NCBI GenBank assembly: GCA_002897995.1
Contig: BDTT01000024.1
Coordinates: 20,579 to 84,578 of the forward strand
Direction of reading: 5' to 3'
From: a bacterium BMS3Bbin10
Lineage (GTDB): Bacteria; Pseudomonadota; Alphaproteobacteria; Rhizobiales; Methyloligellaceae
Length of the DNA stretch: 64,000 nt
A program made the translations under genes and the position numbers. The notes under the pieces are model-generated. The model did no database searches. It worked only from the letters and a program-made list of their open reading frames with translations, and was not told where the DNA came from. Each line of letters opens with the position of its first letter. The first letter of the stretch is position 1. Positions 55,199 to 64,000 of the stretch are shown one piece after another.

Positions 55199-55238
55199 CG
55201 CTCACGGCTATTCCGCTTCGCGGGCCTGCGCGGGCGCG
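55199..55238. repeat. Dispersed GC-rich repeat, copy 2
   Basis: cgctcacggctattccgcttcgcgggcctgcgcgggcgcg; see 47499-47542. Confidence 0.6.
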
Positions 55239-55363
55239 CCCTGACCGGGCGGCGGCCGTTCGGCCTTGCCTCGCTTCGCTCGGTTGGCCGAGCCATCTCA
55301 ATCGACGCCATATCCCAATCCATGTTACACCGCACTGCCCTGCAAACCGGATCAGCACCCCCG

Positions 55364-56286
<923 letters not shown>

Positions 56287-56290
<4 letters not shown>

Positions 56291-57048
56291 ACTGGCGCGC
56301 GATCACGGCGATCTACACCTTCGAGATGGCGCGCACCCGGCGCACCCTGGCGCAGAGCATCGTCGCGCCGGTCATATCCACCGCACTCTATTTCGTGGTG
56401 TTCGGCTCGGCCATCGGCTCGCGCATCACCGAGATCGAGGGGGTGAGCTACGGGTCGTTCATCGTGCCGGGGCTGATCATGCTCTCGGTGCTGACCCAAT
56501 CGATCGCCAACGCGTCTTTCGGAATCTATTTCCCGAAATTCACCGGCACCATCTATGAATTGCTGTCCGCGCCGATTTCCTTTTTCGAGATCGTGCTGGG
56601 CTATGTCGGCGCGGCGGCCACCAAGTCGATCATTTTGGGATCGATCATCCTGGCCACCGCGGGACTGATCGTGCCGCTTCAGATCGCCCACCCCTTCTGG
56701 ATGGCGCTGTTTCTGGTGCTGACCGCCGTCACCTTTTCGCTGTTCGGCTTCATCATCGGCATCTGGGCCGACGGTTTCGAGAAACTTCAGATCGTGCCGC
56801 TGCTGATTATCACGCCGCTGGCGTTCCTCGGGGGCAGCTTCTATTCCATCTCCATGCTGCCGCCCTTCTGGCAGAAGATTTCATTCCTGAACCCGGTTGT
56901 TTATCTCATCAGCGGTTTCCGCTGGAGCTTTTACGAGATCGCCGATGTGTCCCTGGGGCTCTCTCTGGGCATGATCTGCGTCTTCCTGGCTATCTGCATG
57001 GGCATCATCTGGTGGATATTCAAAACCGGATATCAGCTGAAAAGTTAA
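56287..57048 (+). CDS. ABC-2 type transporter permease (YadH-like)
   Basis: Six TM segments and a 4-nt overlap with the ATPase gene. Confidence 0.88.
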
Positions 57049-57151
57049 CCCCGGGTCATTTGTAGCTGGCGCGGCTTTTTCGCCCCCCCCTACACATCGC
57101 GGCGACATTGGATTAGTCTTAGTTCTCAGGGGAATGGGGGAGAGTTGAGTT

Positions 57152-58693
57152 TTGGCTGCGCTCAGTCTGGTTCGCGACAGTCTTCAGGCGCCGGATATTT
57201 CAGCGCCGTGGACACTGCGTCTGCGCCGCAAGGGGTATCACCGGCTCCTCACCTTTTCCGCCCATGTCGAACTTCACTATTTCTGGGAAAAGCGCTGGTT
57301 CTTCATTGCCCTCGGCGTCGGCGCCGCCATGCTTTACGCCCCTCTGCCGCCGGGTCTGACACAGGATGGCATGATCGTTCTGGCCATGTCGGTCGTCGCC
57401 ACGATCCTGTTTATTACTGAGCCGGTGCCGCTGCCAACCGTGGCCCTGCTGCTCATCGTCGGGCAAGTCATCCTGCTGGGGCGCGACTCCACGGATGTGG
57501 CGAAAAGCCTGATGACGGATTCAGTGTTGTTCATCATGGGCTCGCTCATGCTTGCGGTAGCCGTCGTGCGGCAAAAGCTCGATCAGCGGATCGCCTGGTT
57601 CATAGTGCGCATTACCGGAACGCGAACCTCGCGCATCTGCTTCGGTATTTCCATGGTTTCGGGCCTCTTGGCATCATTTATCGGCGAGCACACGGTAGCC
57701 GCCATGATGCTACCGGTGGGCATTACTCTCATTTCGCTCACCTCGGATGATCGCAAGAAGGTACGCAATCTGGCCGCCGTGATGTTGTTTTCAATCTGCT
57801 ATGGCGCTTCGGTGGCCGGCATCGCCACGCCTTCCGGCGGCGCGCGCAACGCCATCATGATCGGTTACTGGAAGGAATTCTTCTACGACCCGCTCAACCC
57901 CGAGACCTACAAGTTTCTGATCGACTATGTAACATGGGCGACTTACGCCTATCCTATTTTCCTGCTGCAGTTGCCGCTGGTGACGGCGATTTTGCTATTT
58001 ACCTTCAAGCCCGAATATAGCGACCTCTCGCGCGCCGTCGCCAAGCTGCGCACGCGCATCCGCGAGGATGGGCCGATGACAATGAGCAACTGGGTGGCGA
58101 TCGCAATCTTTCTCATGACTCTCTATGCCTGGGTATTCATGTCCCAGTCAGTCGGCATGGGCACAATCGCCATCTTCGGCGCCGCGGCGTTTCTGGTCGC
58201 GGGGCTTGTCGTTTGGGAAGACGTAAACTCCGGCGTCAATTGGGGTGTTGTACTGTTATACGCCGCCGCGATCTCGCTCGGGTTGCAGATGAAAGAGACA
58301 GGCGCGGCTGTATGGGTTGCGGGCGGGTTTTTAAGCATCCTGGAGCCTCTGGGGGCCGATAAGGGGCTGGGACTATGGGCCGCGGTTTCTGTATTCACGA
58401 CGGCCGTCACCAATACCATGTCAAATGGCGCGGCGGTGGCCATGCTGGGGCCCATCGTGCTCAAGCTGGCGGTGGCGGCGGAGGAAAGCCCGATTGTCAT
58501 CGGTTTCATTACGTCGATTTCCTCCGCCTTCGCCTATTTGACGGTTGTCGGCACTCCGGCCAGCACGATCGTATACTCAGCCGGTTATCTGACGACGGGA
58601 GATTTTCTGAAAGTGGGCTGGCGCATGGCGATCATGTCCACGCTGGTCCTTCTCATTGTAGCATCCCTCTACTGGCCTCTGCTGGGAGTTTAG
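57152..58693 (+). CDS. SLC13/DASS-family anion transporter (ArsB/NhaD permease superfamily)
   Basis: Polytopic membrane protein with two repeated halves and SNGA-type hairpin motifs (TNTMSNGAAVAML). The TTG start at 57152 is uncertain. Confidence 0.75.
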   Translation: MAALSLVRDSLQAPDISAPWTLRLRRKGYHRLLTFSAHVELHYFWEKRWFFIALGVGAAMLYAPLPPGLTQDGMIVLAMSVVATILFITEPVPLPTVALLLIVGQVILLGRDSTDVAKSLMTDSVLFIMGSLMLAVAVVRQKLDQRIAWFIVRITGTRTSRICFGISMVSGLLASFIGEHTVAAMMLPVGITLISLTSDDRKKVRNLAAVMLFSICYGASVAGIATPSGGARNAIMIGYWKEFFYDPLNPETYKFLIDYVTWATYAYPIFLLQLPLVTAILLFTFKPEYSDLSRAVAKLRTRIREDGPMTMSNWVAIAIFLMTLYAWVFMSQSVGMGTIAIFGAAAFLVAGLVVWEDVNSGVNWGVVLLYAAAISLGLQMKETGAAVWVAGGFLSILEPLGADKGLGLWAAVSVFTTAVTNTMSNGAAVAMLGPIVLKLAVAAEESPIVIGFITSISSAFAYLTVVGTPASTIVYSAGYLTTGDFLKVGWRMAIMSTLVLLIVASLYWPLLGV

Positions 58694-58696
58694 TCC

Positions 58697-59704
58697 ATGG
58701 CAGCCTGGAGATTCTCCTCGAATGAACGCAACCGCGACCGCCACGCGGAGATGCTCGAGGAACTCGAAGAACGGCACAAGCGATTCCGGATACTGGTCTG
58801 TATCAACGGCACGGACGCCTCCTATGAAGGCCTGAACTTCGCCGCGGAGATTGGCCGGGACAATCCTTGCGATATTATCCTGCTCTATGTCCGCCGCATC
58901 GATCAGGGTTTGAACTCGGGCGGGCTGCAGGTTCGCATCGCGCGGCAGAACATGCTGGACTGGGGTCTGGAACTGCCCGGCATAGAGTATCTTCGGCGGG
59001 GCTACGAAATGCTGGTTGACCTGGGCTATATGACCAAGGACTGGCGCTCGCAATACAGCCATACCGATATATTCGGCGACCCGCTCGGCGACAACAAGGT
59101 CGAATACCGCTCCGGACGGCGCAAAAGGATTATCCTCAAGCTCAAGACGGCGCCGACGGTCGCAAGCGGCATTCTCGATCAATATGAACTCGGTCCCTAT
59201 AATCTGATTATCATGGGGCCGCCGAGGCACTGGCGCGGCGGGATCAAGTCTTTCATTGATCCGAGCACGGTGCAGAAGGTCGCCATGCTGTCACCCTGTT
59301 CGGTGCTCACCGTACGGGGTTCGATCGATAAGAAGAAAGGGTTTCTGATCTGCATCGACGGCACGGAACATTGCACCAAATCCATGAAACAGGCAGCGGT
59401 CCTGGCTTGCAATCTCAAGCGCCCCATAACACTCCTTTCCGTTGCCAAGGAAAAGAAAGATCTTCCTCTCATAAAAACCCGCCTCAGCGCGGCGGAAAAC
59501 CTCCTTGCGGATATGGGCGTCAAGAATGTGAAGACGATTTCCCGGACCGGCAATTGCCTGGAGGAGTTGCTGGCAATCGCAAAACGGTTTGGAATAGTCG
59601 TCGTCGCCGACTCGGGCAAATCACGAGTGAAGCGTTTCCTGAAAGGGAACATCGCCTTCAATGTCATGGGCAGCGCGCCCGTTTCGGTCATGAATGTGCG
59701 CTGA
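58697..59704 (+). CDS. Tandem universal stress protein (two UspA domains)
   Basis: Two repeats of the RILVCINGTD... / GFLICIDGTE... pattern, ending in VVADSGKSRVKRFLKGNIAFNVMGSAPVSVMNV. Confidence 0.8.
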   Translation: MAAWRFSSNERNRDRHAEMLEELEERHKRFRILVCINGTDASYEGLNFAAEIGRDNPCDIILLYVRRIDQGLNSGGLQVRIARQNMLDWGLELPGIEYLRRGYEMLVDLGYMTKDWRSQYSHTDIFGDPLGDNKVEYRSGRRKRIILKLKTAPTVASGILDQYELGPYNLIIMGPPRHWRGGIKSFIDPSTVQKVAMLSPCSVLTVRGSIDKKKGFLICIDGTEHCTKSMKQAAVLACNLKRPITLLSVAKEKKDLPLIKTRLSAAENLLADMGVKNVKTISRTGNCLEELLAIAKRFGIVVVADSGKSRVKRFLKGNIAFNVMGSAPVSVMNVR

Positions 59705-59717
59705 AACGCGCATCCCG

Positions 59718-60353
59718 CTACCCCTGCATGAATGGCGCCGACTCGAAGGCCGCCATCATTTCGCAGCGCCGCGCGTGGGCGATAAGTTTTGCAAATCCCT
59801 GCTCTGTTTCATTTCCCCGCGCGGCCAGATGTTCCCCGTTCCTGTTGGCGATAAAAGTTACGGTGACGGCGGACGCGATATCCGCATGGGTGATTTCACC
59901 TCCCGAAATAAACCCCTCTTCCGGCGTGTGCGCCTCAAGCCAGCGAAGCGCGGCGGCGATCTGCGCCAATATTCGATTCACCCGGGGACCATCGATTTTC
60001 CCGCGCGGGCGGCGCACGGTCTCGGTGCGGAATTCGACCGCCTTTTCCGCCAGTCCGGCGGCCACGCCCATATGCGCAAGCGGTCCGGCCCGCGCCGCCG
60101 CATCGCCGGGCAGCAGGGCTTTTTCCGCCCCTGCGATGCGGTCGAGATAATCCAGAATGAGCGTGGAATCGGCAAGCACGCTGCCGTCATCGAGCTGCAA
60201 TGCAGGCACCTTGCCAAGCGGATTGAGCGCGAGCAGCTCGTCAAAATCGTCATAGGCCGAGATGACATTATGCTCGAAAGGCAGCTCGTAAACATGAAGC
60301 GCGATGGCCACGCGGCGCACGAACGGCGAGTCCAGTTGTCCGGTGAGGATCAT
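59718..60353 (-). CDS. Glutathione S-transferase family protein
   Basis: SPFVRRVAIAL...NPLGKVPAL N-terminal thioredoxin-like domain. Confidence 0.88.
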   Translation of the reverse strand: MILTGQLDSPFVRRVAIALHVYELPFEHNVISAYDDFDELLALNPLGKVPALQLDDGSVLADSTLILDYLDRIAGAEKALLPGDAAARAGPLAHMGVAAGLAEKAVEFRTETVRRPRGKIDGPRVNRILAQIAAALRWLEAHTPEEGFISGGEITHADIASAVTVTFIANRNGEHLAARGNETEQGFAKLIAHARRCEMMAAFESAPFMQG

Positions 60354-60363
60354 CTGGACACGA

Positions 60364-62331
60364 TCATTCAGAAAATTCAGCGGTCACCTCGGTGCGCTCA
60401 CCAGCCTTGACCTCGACGTCCTGCTCGACCGTCTTCTTCCTGGATGTCACGACGAGGAAATATTTCCCGGCCGTTAGCCGGAAACTGCGCGGAGAACCGC
60501 CGGTCCCCGTAATCCGCTTGCGCTTGCCTTCGAGATTTTTCTTTGCTTCGTAAACCGTGAAATAGGGCCGATAGACTTCTTTGCCGTCAGGGCCAGCGGC
60601 CTTGGCTTCCAGAACCCCGGCGTTCAGGTTGATGGCGGCTTGCGTCAGTTCTCCGGATTTCACCTCGAACTCACCGGACGCCCTGGCGAAGCCATAGACC
60701 GCCGTGACGTAATATTTGCCTGCCGACAGTTTGTATTTTGGCGTCGAGCCCTGGCCCGAAATGACCTTCTTGCGGGTGCCATCCAGGCTTTTCCTGTTTT
60801 CAAATACGGTGAAGTAAATCTTCGAAAGCTGCTCGCCGCCTTCCGTGGCCAGACCGCGCACCGACAGAATACCGGCGCCCAGCGTAATCACCGGTTCAAC
60901 CAACTGCCCCGCCCTGACCTCGACTTCAACGCCAGCAACCGCGGAACCGTATTTTGCCTCGACGTAATATTTTCCCGAGGAAACCGCCATGCGGGCGGAA
61001 CCGCGGCGGGAGAGCAGCCTTTTGCGTTTGCCCTGCAGGTTCTGTTTCGCCTCGTAGATTGTGTAGATCACGTCCCGGTCGCCGGCATCCGCGCCGGCGC
61101 TTAATCTCATACTGGGTTTGATGAACCCGGACCCCAGCGTCACCACGATGTCGGTTGTCTCGCCGGCGGCGATATCCGCACTGGCCGTGGCCTTGATCTT
61201 ACCGAAGACCACTTCGATTTTATAAGTCCCGGCGCCGGCAACAAAGCCGGTCTCGCCGCCGCCTCTGCTCTTCAGCTTCTTTCCCGCGCCGTCATACAGA
61301 TAGAACAAGACGCCGGTCAGAGTCTCGCCGCCTTCCTCGGCGATGGCCGATACCTTCAGCAGGCCTGCATTCAGCACAACCTGCTTCTCCAGCAGACCGC
61401 TTTCCGGCACCTCAAAACCGGTTTCCGCACGCGCCAGCCTGTGCGTGACGAGCACATGGTACTTGCCGGGCTCCAGGGCGAGTTCAGGTTGGGATTTGGC
61501 GGTTTTCTTAACCGGCTTTCCTGCCTCACCCGCCTTTGTGATTGTCCAGAGGAGCCCGCTCTTTACCAGCTCGCCGCCTTCGCTGAGGAGCGCCGAGAGT
61601 TTGACGCCGGCGGGTTCCGCCACCGGTTGAGGCTCCGGAACCGGCGCGGGCTGCGGTTCCTTGACAGCCGCCACCACCTGGCCAACGGCCTGACCGAGTT
61701 CACCTGCATTTTCAGCCGAGAGAAATTTCCCGCCGGTGGCTTCCGCCAGGCACCGCAGCGATGACGTGTCCTGCTTCTTCAAATCAAATCCGACCACATG
61801 TACGGTGAAATCGACACCGTCCCGCTCCAGTTCCTTCGCCAATGCGCACGGATCGACTTTGCATGTCTCGAGGCCGTCGCTCACCAGGATGACGGTCGAT
61901 TTCTCTTCCCGGTAGCGCATGCCTTCGGCGGCCTTGCGCACGGCTGCGGTGATCGGCGTCTTTCCCTTGGGACGAATTTTCCTGATCGCGGTCATGTAGC
62001 GGCCCGCATCTATCGGACTGACCGGGATCACCGTCTCGATGTCTTTGCAGTTCCCCTTTGTACGATGGCCGTAAACCATCAGGCCAAGATTGACCTTGCC
62101 GCTCATGTCCGAGAGAACGCCGCCAACGACATCGCGGGCAATCTCATATTTCGGCTTACCATCGATCTGCCCCCACATGGAGCCGGAGGCATCAAAGATC
62201 AGCATGACATTTTCTGCTTCTTCCGCCCGCGCCGAACCTTGCCAGCTCAGTCCTGCCGCCAACGTGCAAAATGTCACCAGAACGCCCAGAAGCGTTGAAA
62301 TCCGGCCCTTACGCATGGGAATTCCTTTCAT
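60364..62331 (-). CDS. Secreted von Willebrand factor A domain protein with five tandem ~80-85-aa C-terminal modules
   Basis: Signal peptide and a vWA MIDAS motif (DASGSM...ILVSDGLETC). After a Pro-rich linker there are five repeats, each containing GKY(Y/H)V...(V/E)EV..G and ending in L(N/G). Confidence 0.8.
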   Translation of the reverse strand: MKGIPMRKGRISTLLGVLVTFCTLAAGLSWQGSARAEEAENVMLIFDASGSMWGQIDGKPKYEIARDVVGGVLSDMSGKVNLGLMVYGHRTKGNCKDIETVIPVSPIDAGRYMTAIRKIRPKGKTPITAAVRKAAEGMRYREEKSTVILVSDGLETCKVDPCALAKELERDGVDFTVHVVGFDLKKQDTSSLRCLAEATGGKFLSAENAGELGQAVGQVVAAVKEPQPAPVPEPQPVAEPAGVKLSALLSEGGELVKSGLLWTITKAGEAGKPVKKTAKSQPELALEPGKYHVLVTHRLARAETGFEVPESGLLEKQVVLNAGLLKVSAIAEEGGETLTGVLFYLYDGAGKKLKSRGGGETGFVAGAGTYKIEVVFGKIKATASADIAAGETTDIVVTLGSGFIKPSMRLSAGADAGDRDVIYTIYEAKQNLQGKRKRLLSRRGSARMAVSSGKYYVEAKYGSAVAGVEVEVRAGQLVEPVITLGAGILSVRGLATEGGEQLSKIYFTVFENRKSLDGTRKKVISGQGSTPKYKLSAGKYYVTAVYGFARASGEFEVKSGELTQAAINLNAGVLEAKAAGPDGKEVYRPYFTVYEAKKNLEGKRKRITGTGGSPRSFRLTAGKYFLVVTSRKKTVEQDVEVKAGERTEVTAEFSE

Positions 62332-62393
62332 GGCTGCATTTTATGGGTAAAACCGATTCCTACTTTTGCAGAATACGCTCCCAGGTCCAGACC

Positions 62394-63404
62394 CTAAACC
62401 AGTTTTACGAGTTGCTTGCCGACATTGGCGCCACCCAGCATGCCGATAAACGCTTCGGGTGCATTCTCGATGCCTTGCGCGATCGTCTCGCGATATTTCA
62501 TAGCGCCGGACGCCACCATGTCCTCCAGCTCCGCCCGCGCTTCGGGCCATTTATCATGATGATCGGCCAGCAGAAAACCCTGTATATTTAGCGTCTTGTC
62601 AAAAACAAGATGCAGGTTTTCCACCCCATAGCGGTCACCGCCGTCATTATAGGCGGACAGCACACCGCAAACGGGTATCCGTCCGTATTTGTTCATGTTC
62701 ACGAGGGCTGCGTCGAGCACCCGGCCACCCACATTGTCGAAATAGACATCCACGCCATCGGGACAGGCAGCGGCGATTTGCCCGGCCAGATCATCCGCCT
62801 TGTAATCGCAGCAGGCATCAAATTCGAAGACTTCCTCAACCAGCCTGCATTTGTCCCGCCCGCCCGCGATGCCGGCCGCGCGGCACCCCATCGCCTTGGC
62901 GATTTGCCCCGCGGCACTTCCCACCGACCCCGCTGCGGCGGATATGAGAACCGTTTCGCCTTCCCTGGGTTTGCCAACCAGCTTGATGCCAACCCACCCC
63001 GTTATGGCGGTTGACCCGCAAGCGCCAAGATAAGCGCTGAGCGGCACGTCTTGCCTGGCCTCAACTTTGAAATCGAGGTCCGTGCCATCTGAAATGGCGT
63101 GGCTCTGCCACCCAAGACGGCCCACAACGTGATCGCCAATTGCATAATCAGCATTTTTCGTCTCGATGACCCTGCCCAGAACACGCCCGACCATGAGCTG
63201 CCCCGGCGTCATGCCCGGCCCTGAATAGGTCCAGCCGCCGCCCATCAGCATGCGCATATAAGGGTCGAGCGAGAGATACTGGTTCTCCAGCAGAAACTGC
63301 CCCTCTTCGAGCGGCGGCAAGTCCACATGCACGATCTCGAAATTGTCCGGTATGGGCATGGCTTGCGGGTGAGATTTGAACAGCACCTGCGTGTTGTCGG
63401 GCAT
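62394..63404 (-). CDS. NADP-dependent oxidoreductase, medium-chain reductase family (YncB/CurA/PTGR-like)
   Basis: ISAAAGSVGSAAGQIAKAMGCR nucleotide-binding motif, 336 aa. Confidence 0.88.
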   Translation of the reverse strand: MPDNTQVLFKSHPQAMPIPDNFEIVHVDLPPLEEGQFLLENQYLSLDPYMRMLMGGGWTYSGPGMTPGQLMVGRVLGRVIETKNADYAIGDHVVGRLGWQSHAISDGTDLDFKVEARQDVPLSAYLGACGSTAITGWVGIKLVGKPREGETVLISAAAGSVGSAAGQIAKAMGCRAAGIAGGRDKCRLVEEVFEFDACCDYKADDLAGQIAAACPDGVDVYFDNVGGRVLDAALVNMNKYGRIPVCGVLSAYNDGGDRYGVENLHLVFDKTLNIQGFLLADHHDKWPEARAELEDMVASGAMKYRETIAQGIENAPEAFIGMLGGANVGKQLVKLV

Positions 63405-63430
63405 GGCCGGTCCTCGTTATTTTTTGAGTT

Positions 63431-64000
63431 TCACGATACGTCGTCTTTATAGCCAAAGCGCTCGATATACCCTGACCAGCGTTTGATGATTTTCTCCCGC
63501 AAATCTTCGGGCAGGTCGAAGACGTTGGGTTTGTAGTCCCTCTGCCCCTTGAGATACTCATCCATGCCGGGCTCGGCGCGGGCGAAATCGCCAAGATCGA
63601 GTTGTTGGTAAATACCCTTCATGACCGCCTTCGGGTCCGCCGCCAGGTCCTCATAGGCAATTTCAGTCAGATGCCCTTGCGGGATCAGCCCCCGGTCCTC
63701 CTCATAGCGCTTGAAGAGCCTCTCGAAGACATCGAAGACGAACGCCTCTATCCAGGGTTCGTCTTCGGCGGGGTTGTGCAGCCCCTGAACCGAGTTGAGC
63801 ACCGTCCAGACCCTTACCGTCGAGGGATAGATGGCGAGAGGGTTGCGCGAAATATGGATGAAACGCGCATTGGGAAAAAGTTTCACCAGCGTTTTGATGC
63901 GCGCGGTGTGTGCGGGCGATTTCATGACAAGCCGCTTCTTCTGCTTGTAGGAGAGCCGCCGGACGAACCACATGAAGCCGCGCTCCCACCTGGTCCGCTC
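63431..64000 (-). CDS. Sulfotransferase family protein (partial; N-terminus lies beyond the window end)
   Basis: KSPAHTARIKTLVKLFPNARFIHISRNP is the typical 5'-PSB/3'-PB region. The frame stays open to position 64000. Confidence 0.7.
   Translation of the reverse strand, partial: ERTRWERGFMWFVRRLSYKQKKRLVMKSPAHTARIKTLVKLFPNARFIHISRNPLAIYPSTVRVWTVLNSVQGLHNPAEDEPWIEAFVFDVFERLFKRYEEDRGLIPQGHLTEIAYEDLAADPKAVMKGIYQQLDLGDFARAEPGMDEYLKGQRDYKPNVFDLPEDLREKIIKRWSGYIERFGYKDDVS

Noticed and set aside
55169-55363. 65-codon N-terminal extension of the ABC ATPase ORF
   Set aside because: The extension reads through GC-rich repeats ([24 protein letters not shown]). The conserved ABC N-terminus ([14 protein letters not shown]) begins at ATG 55364.

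Overview
This is a high-GC (roughly 60-65% by eye) chromosomal segment that reads as core genome of an alphaproteobacterium. The lineage markers are GTTC-N7-GTTC SOS boxes in front of recA, a DUF1476/zeta-type ATPase inhibitor gene, an NDUFA12-like + DUF2155 pair, a class II B12-dependent ribonucleotide reductase and a eukaryote-type NADP isocitrate dehydrogenase. About 60 protein genes are supported: rne, aroQ-accB-accC, aat, nrdJ, sfsA, map, radC, an ACP/ketosynthase pair with a divergent acyl-CoA ligase, a fadE-type/fadJ-type/thiolase beta-oxidation operon, purB, purC-purS-purQ-purL-bolA-grxD, rpsD, icd, recA-alaS followed by a cNMP-gated K+ channel, an ABC-2 exporter, a DASS transporter with a tandem USP, a GST, a vWA protein and others. 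I saw no rRNA, tRNA, CRISPR array, transposase, integrase or recognisable defence island, and I did not find a convincing large novel multi-gene system. The best candidate for something undescribed is a ~0.9 kb low-GC islet beside the recA SOS operator. It holds a GIY-YIG-like 113-aa gene, a convergent 70-aa gene with overlapping stop codons, and a candidate sRNA bounded by a promoter and a terminator. A ~1.2 kb REP-dense non-coding desert follows it. Smaller oddities are two adjacent small secreted-protein genes with a duplicated ECF-sigma-like promoter, an unannotated 54-codon ORF filling the purS-purQ gap, an ~815 bp nrdJ upstream region with a 19-bp x3 tandem repeat, an in-frame 21-bp x5 repeat in rne, a dispersed MITE/REP-like element whose end supplies the stop codon of two unrelated genes, and a RecA with a Lys/Asp/Ala-repeat C-terminal extension. 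All family assignments come from motif recognition by eye on the supplied translations. No database search or folding computation was run.
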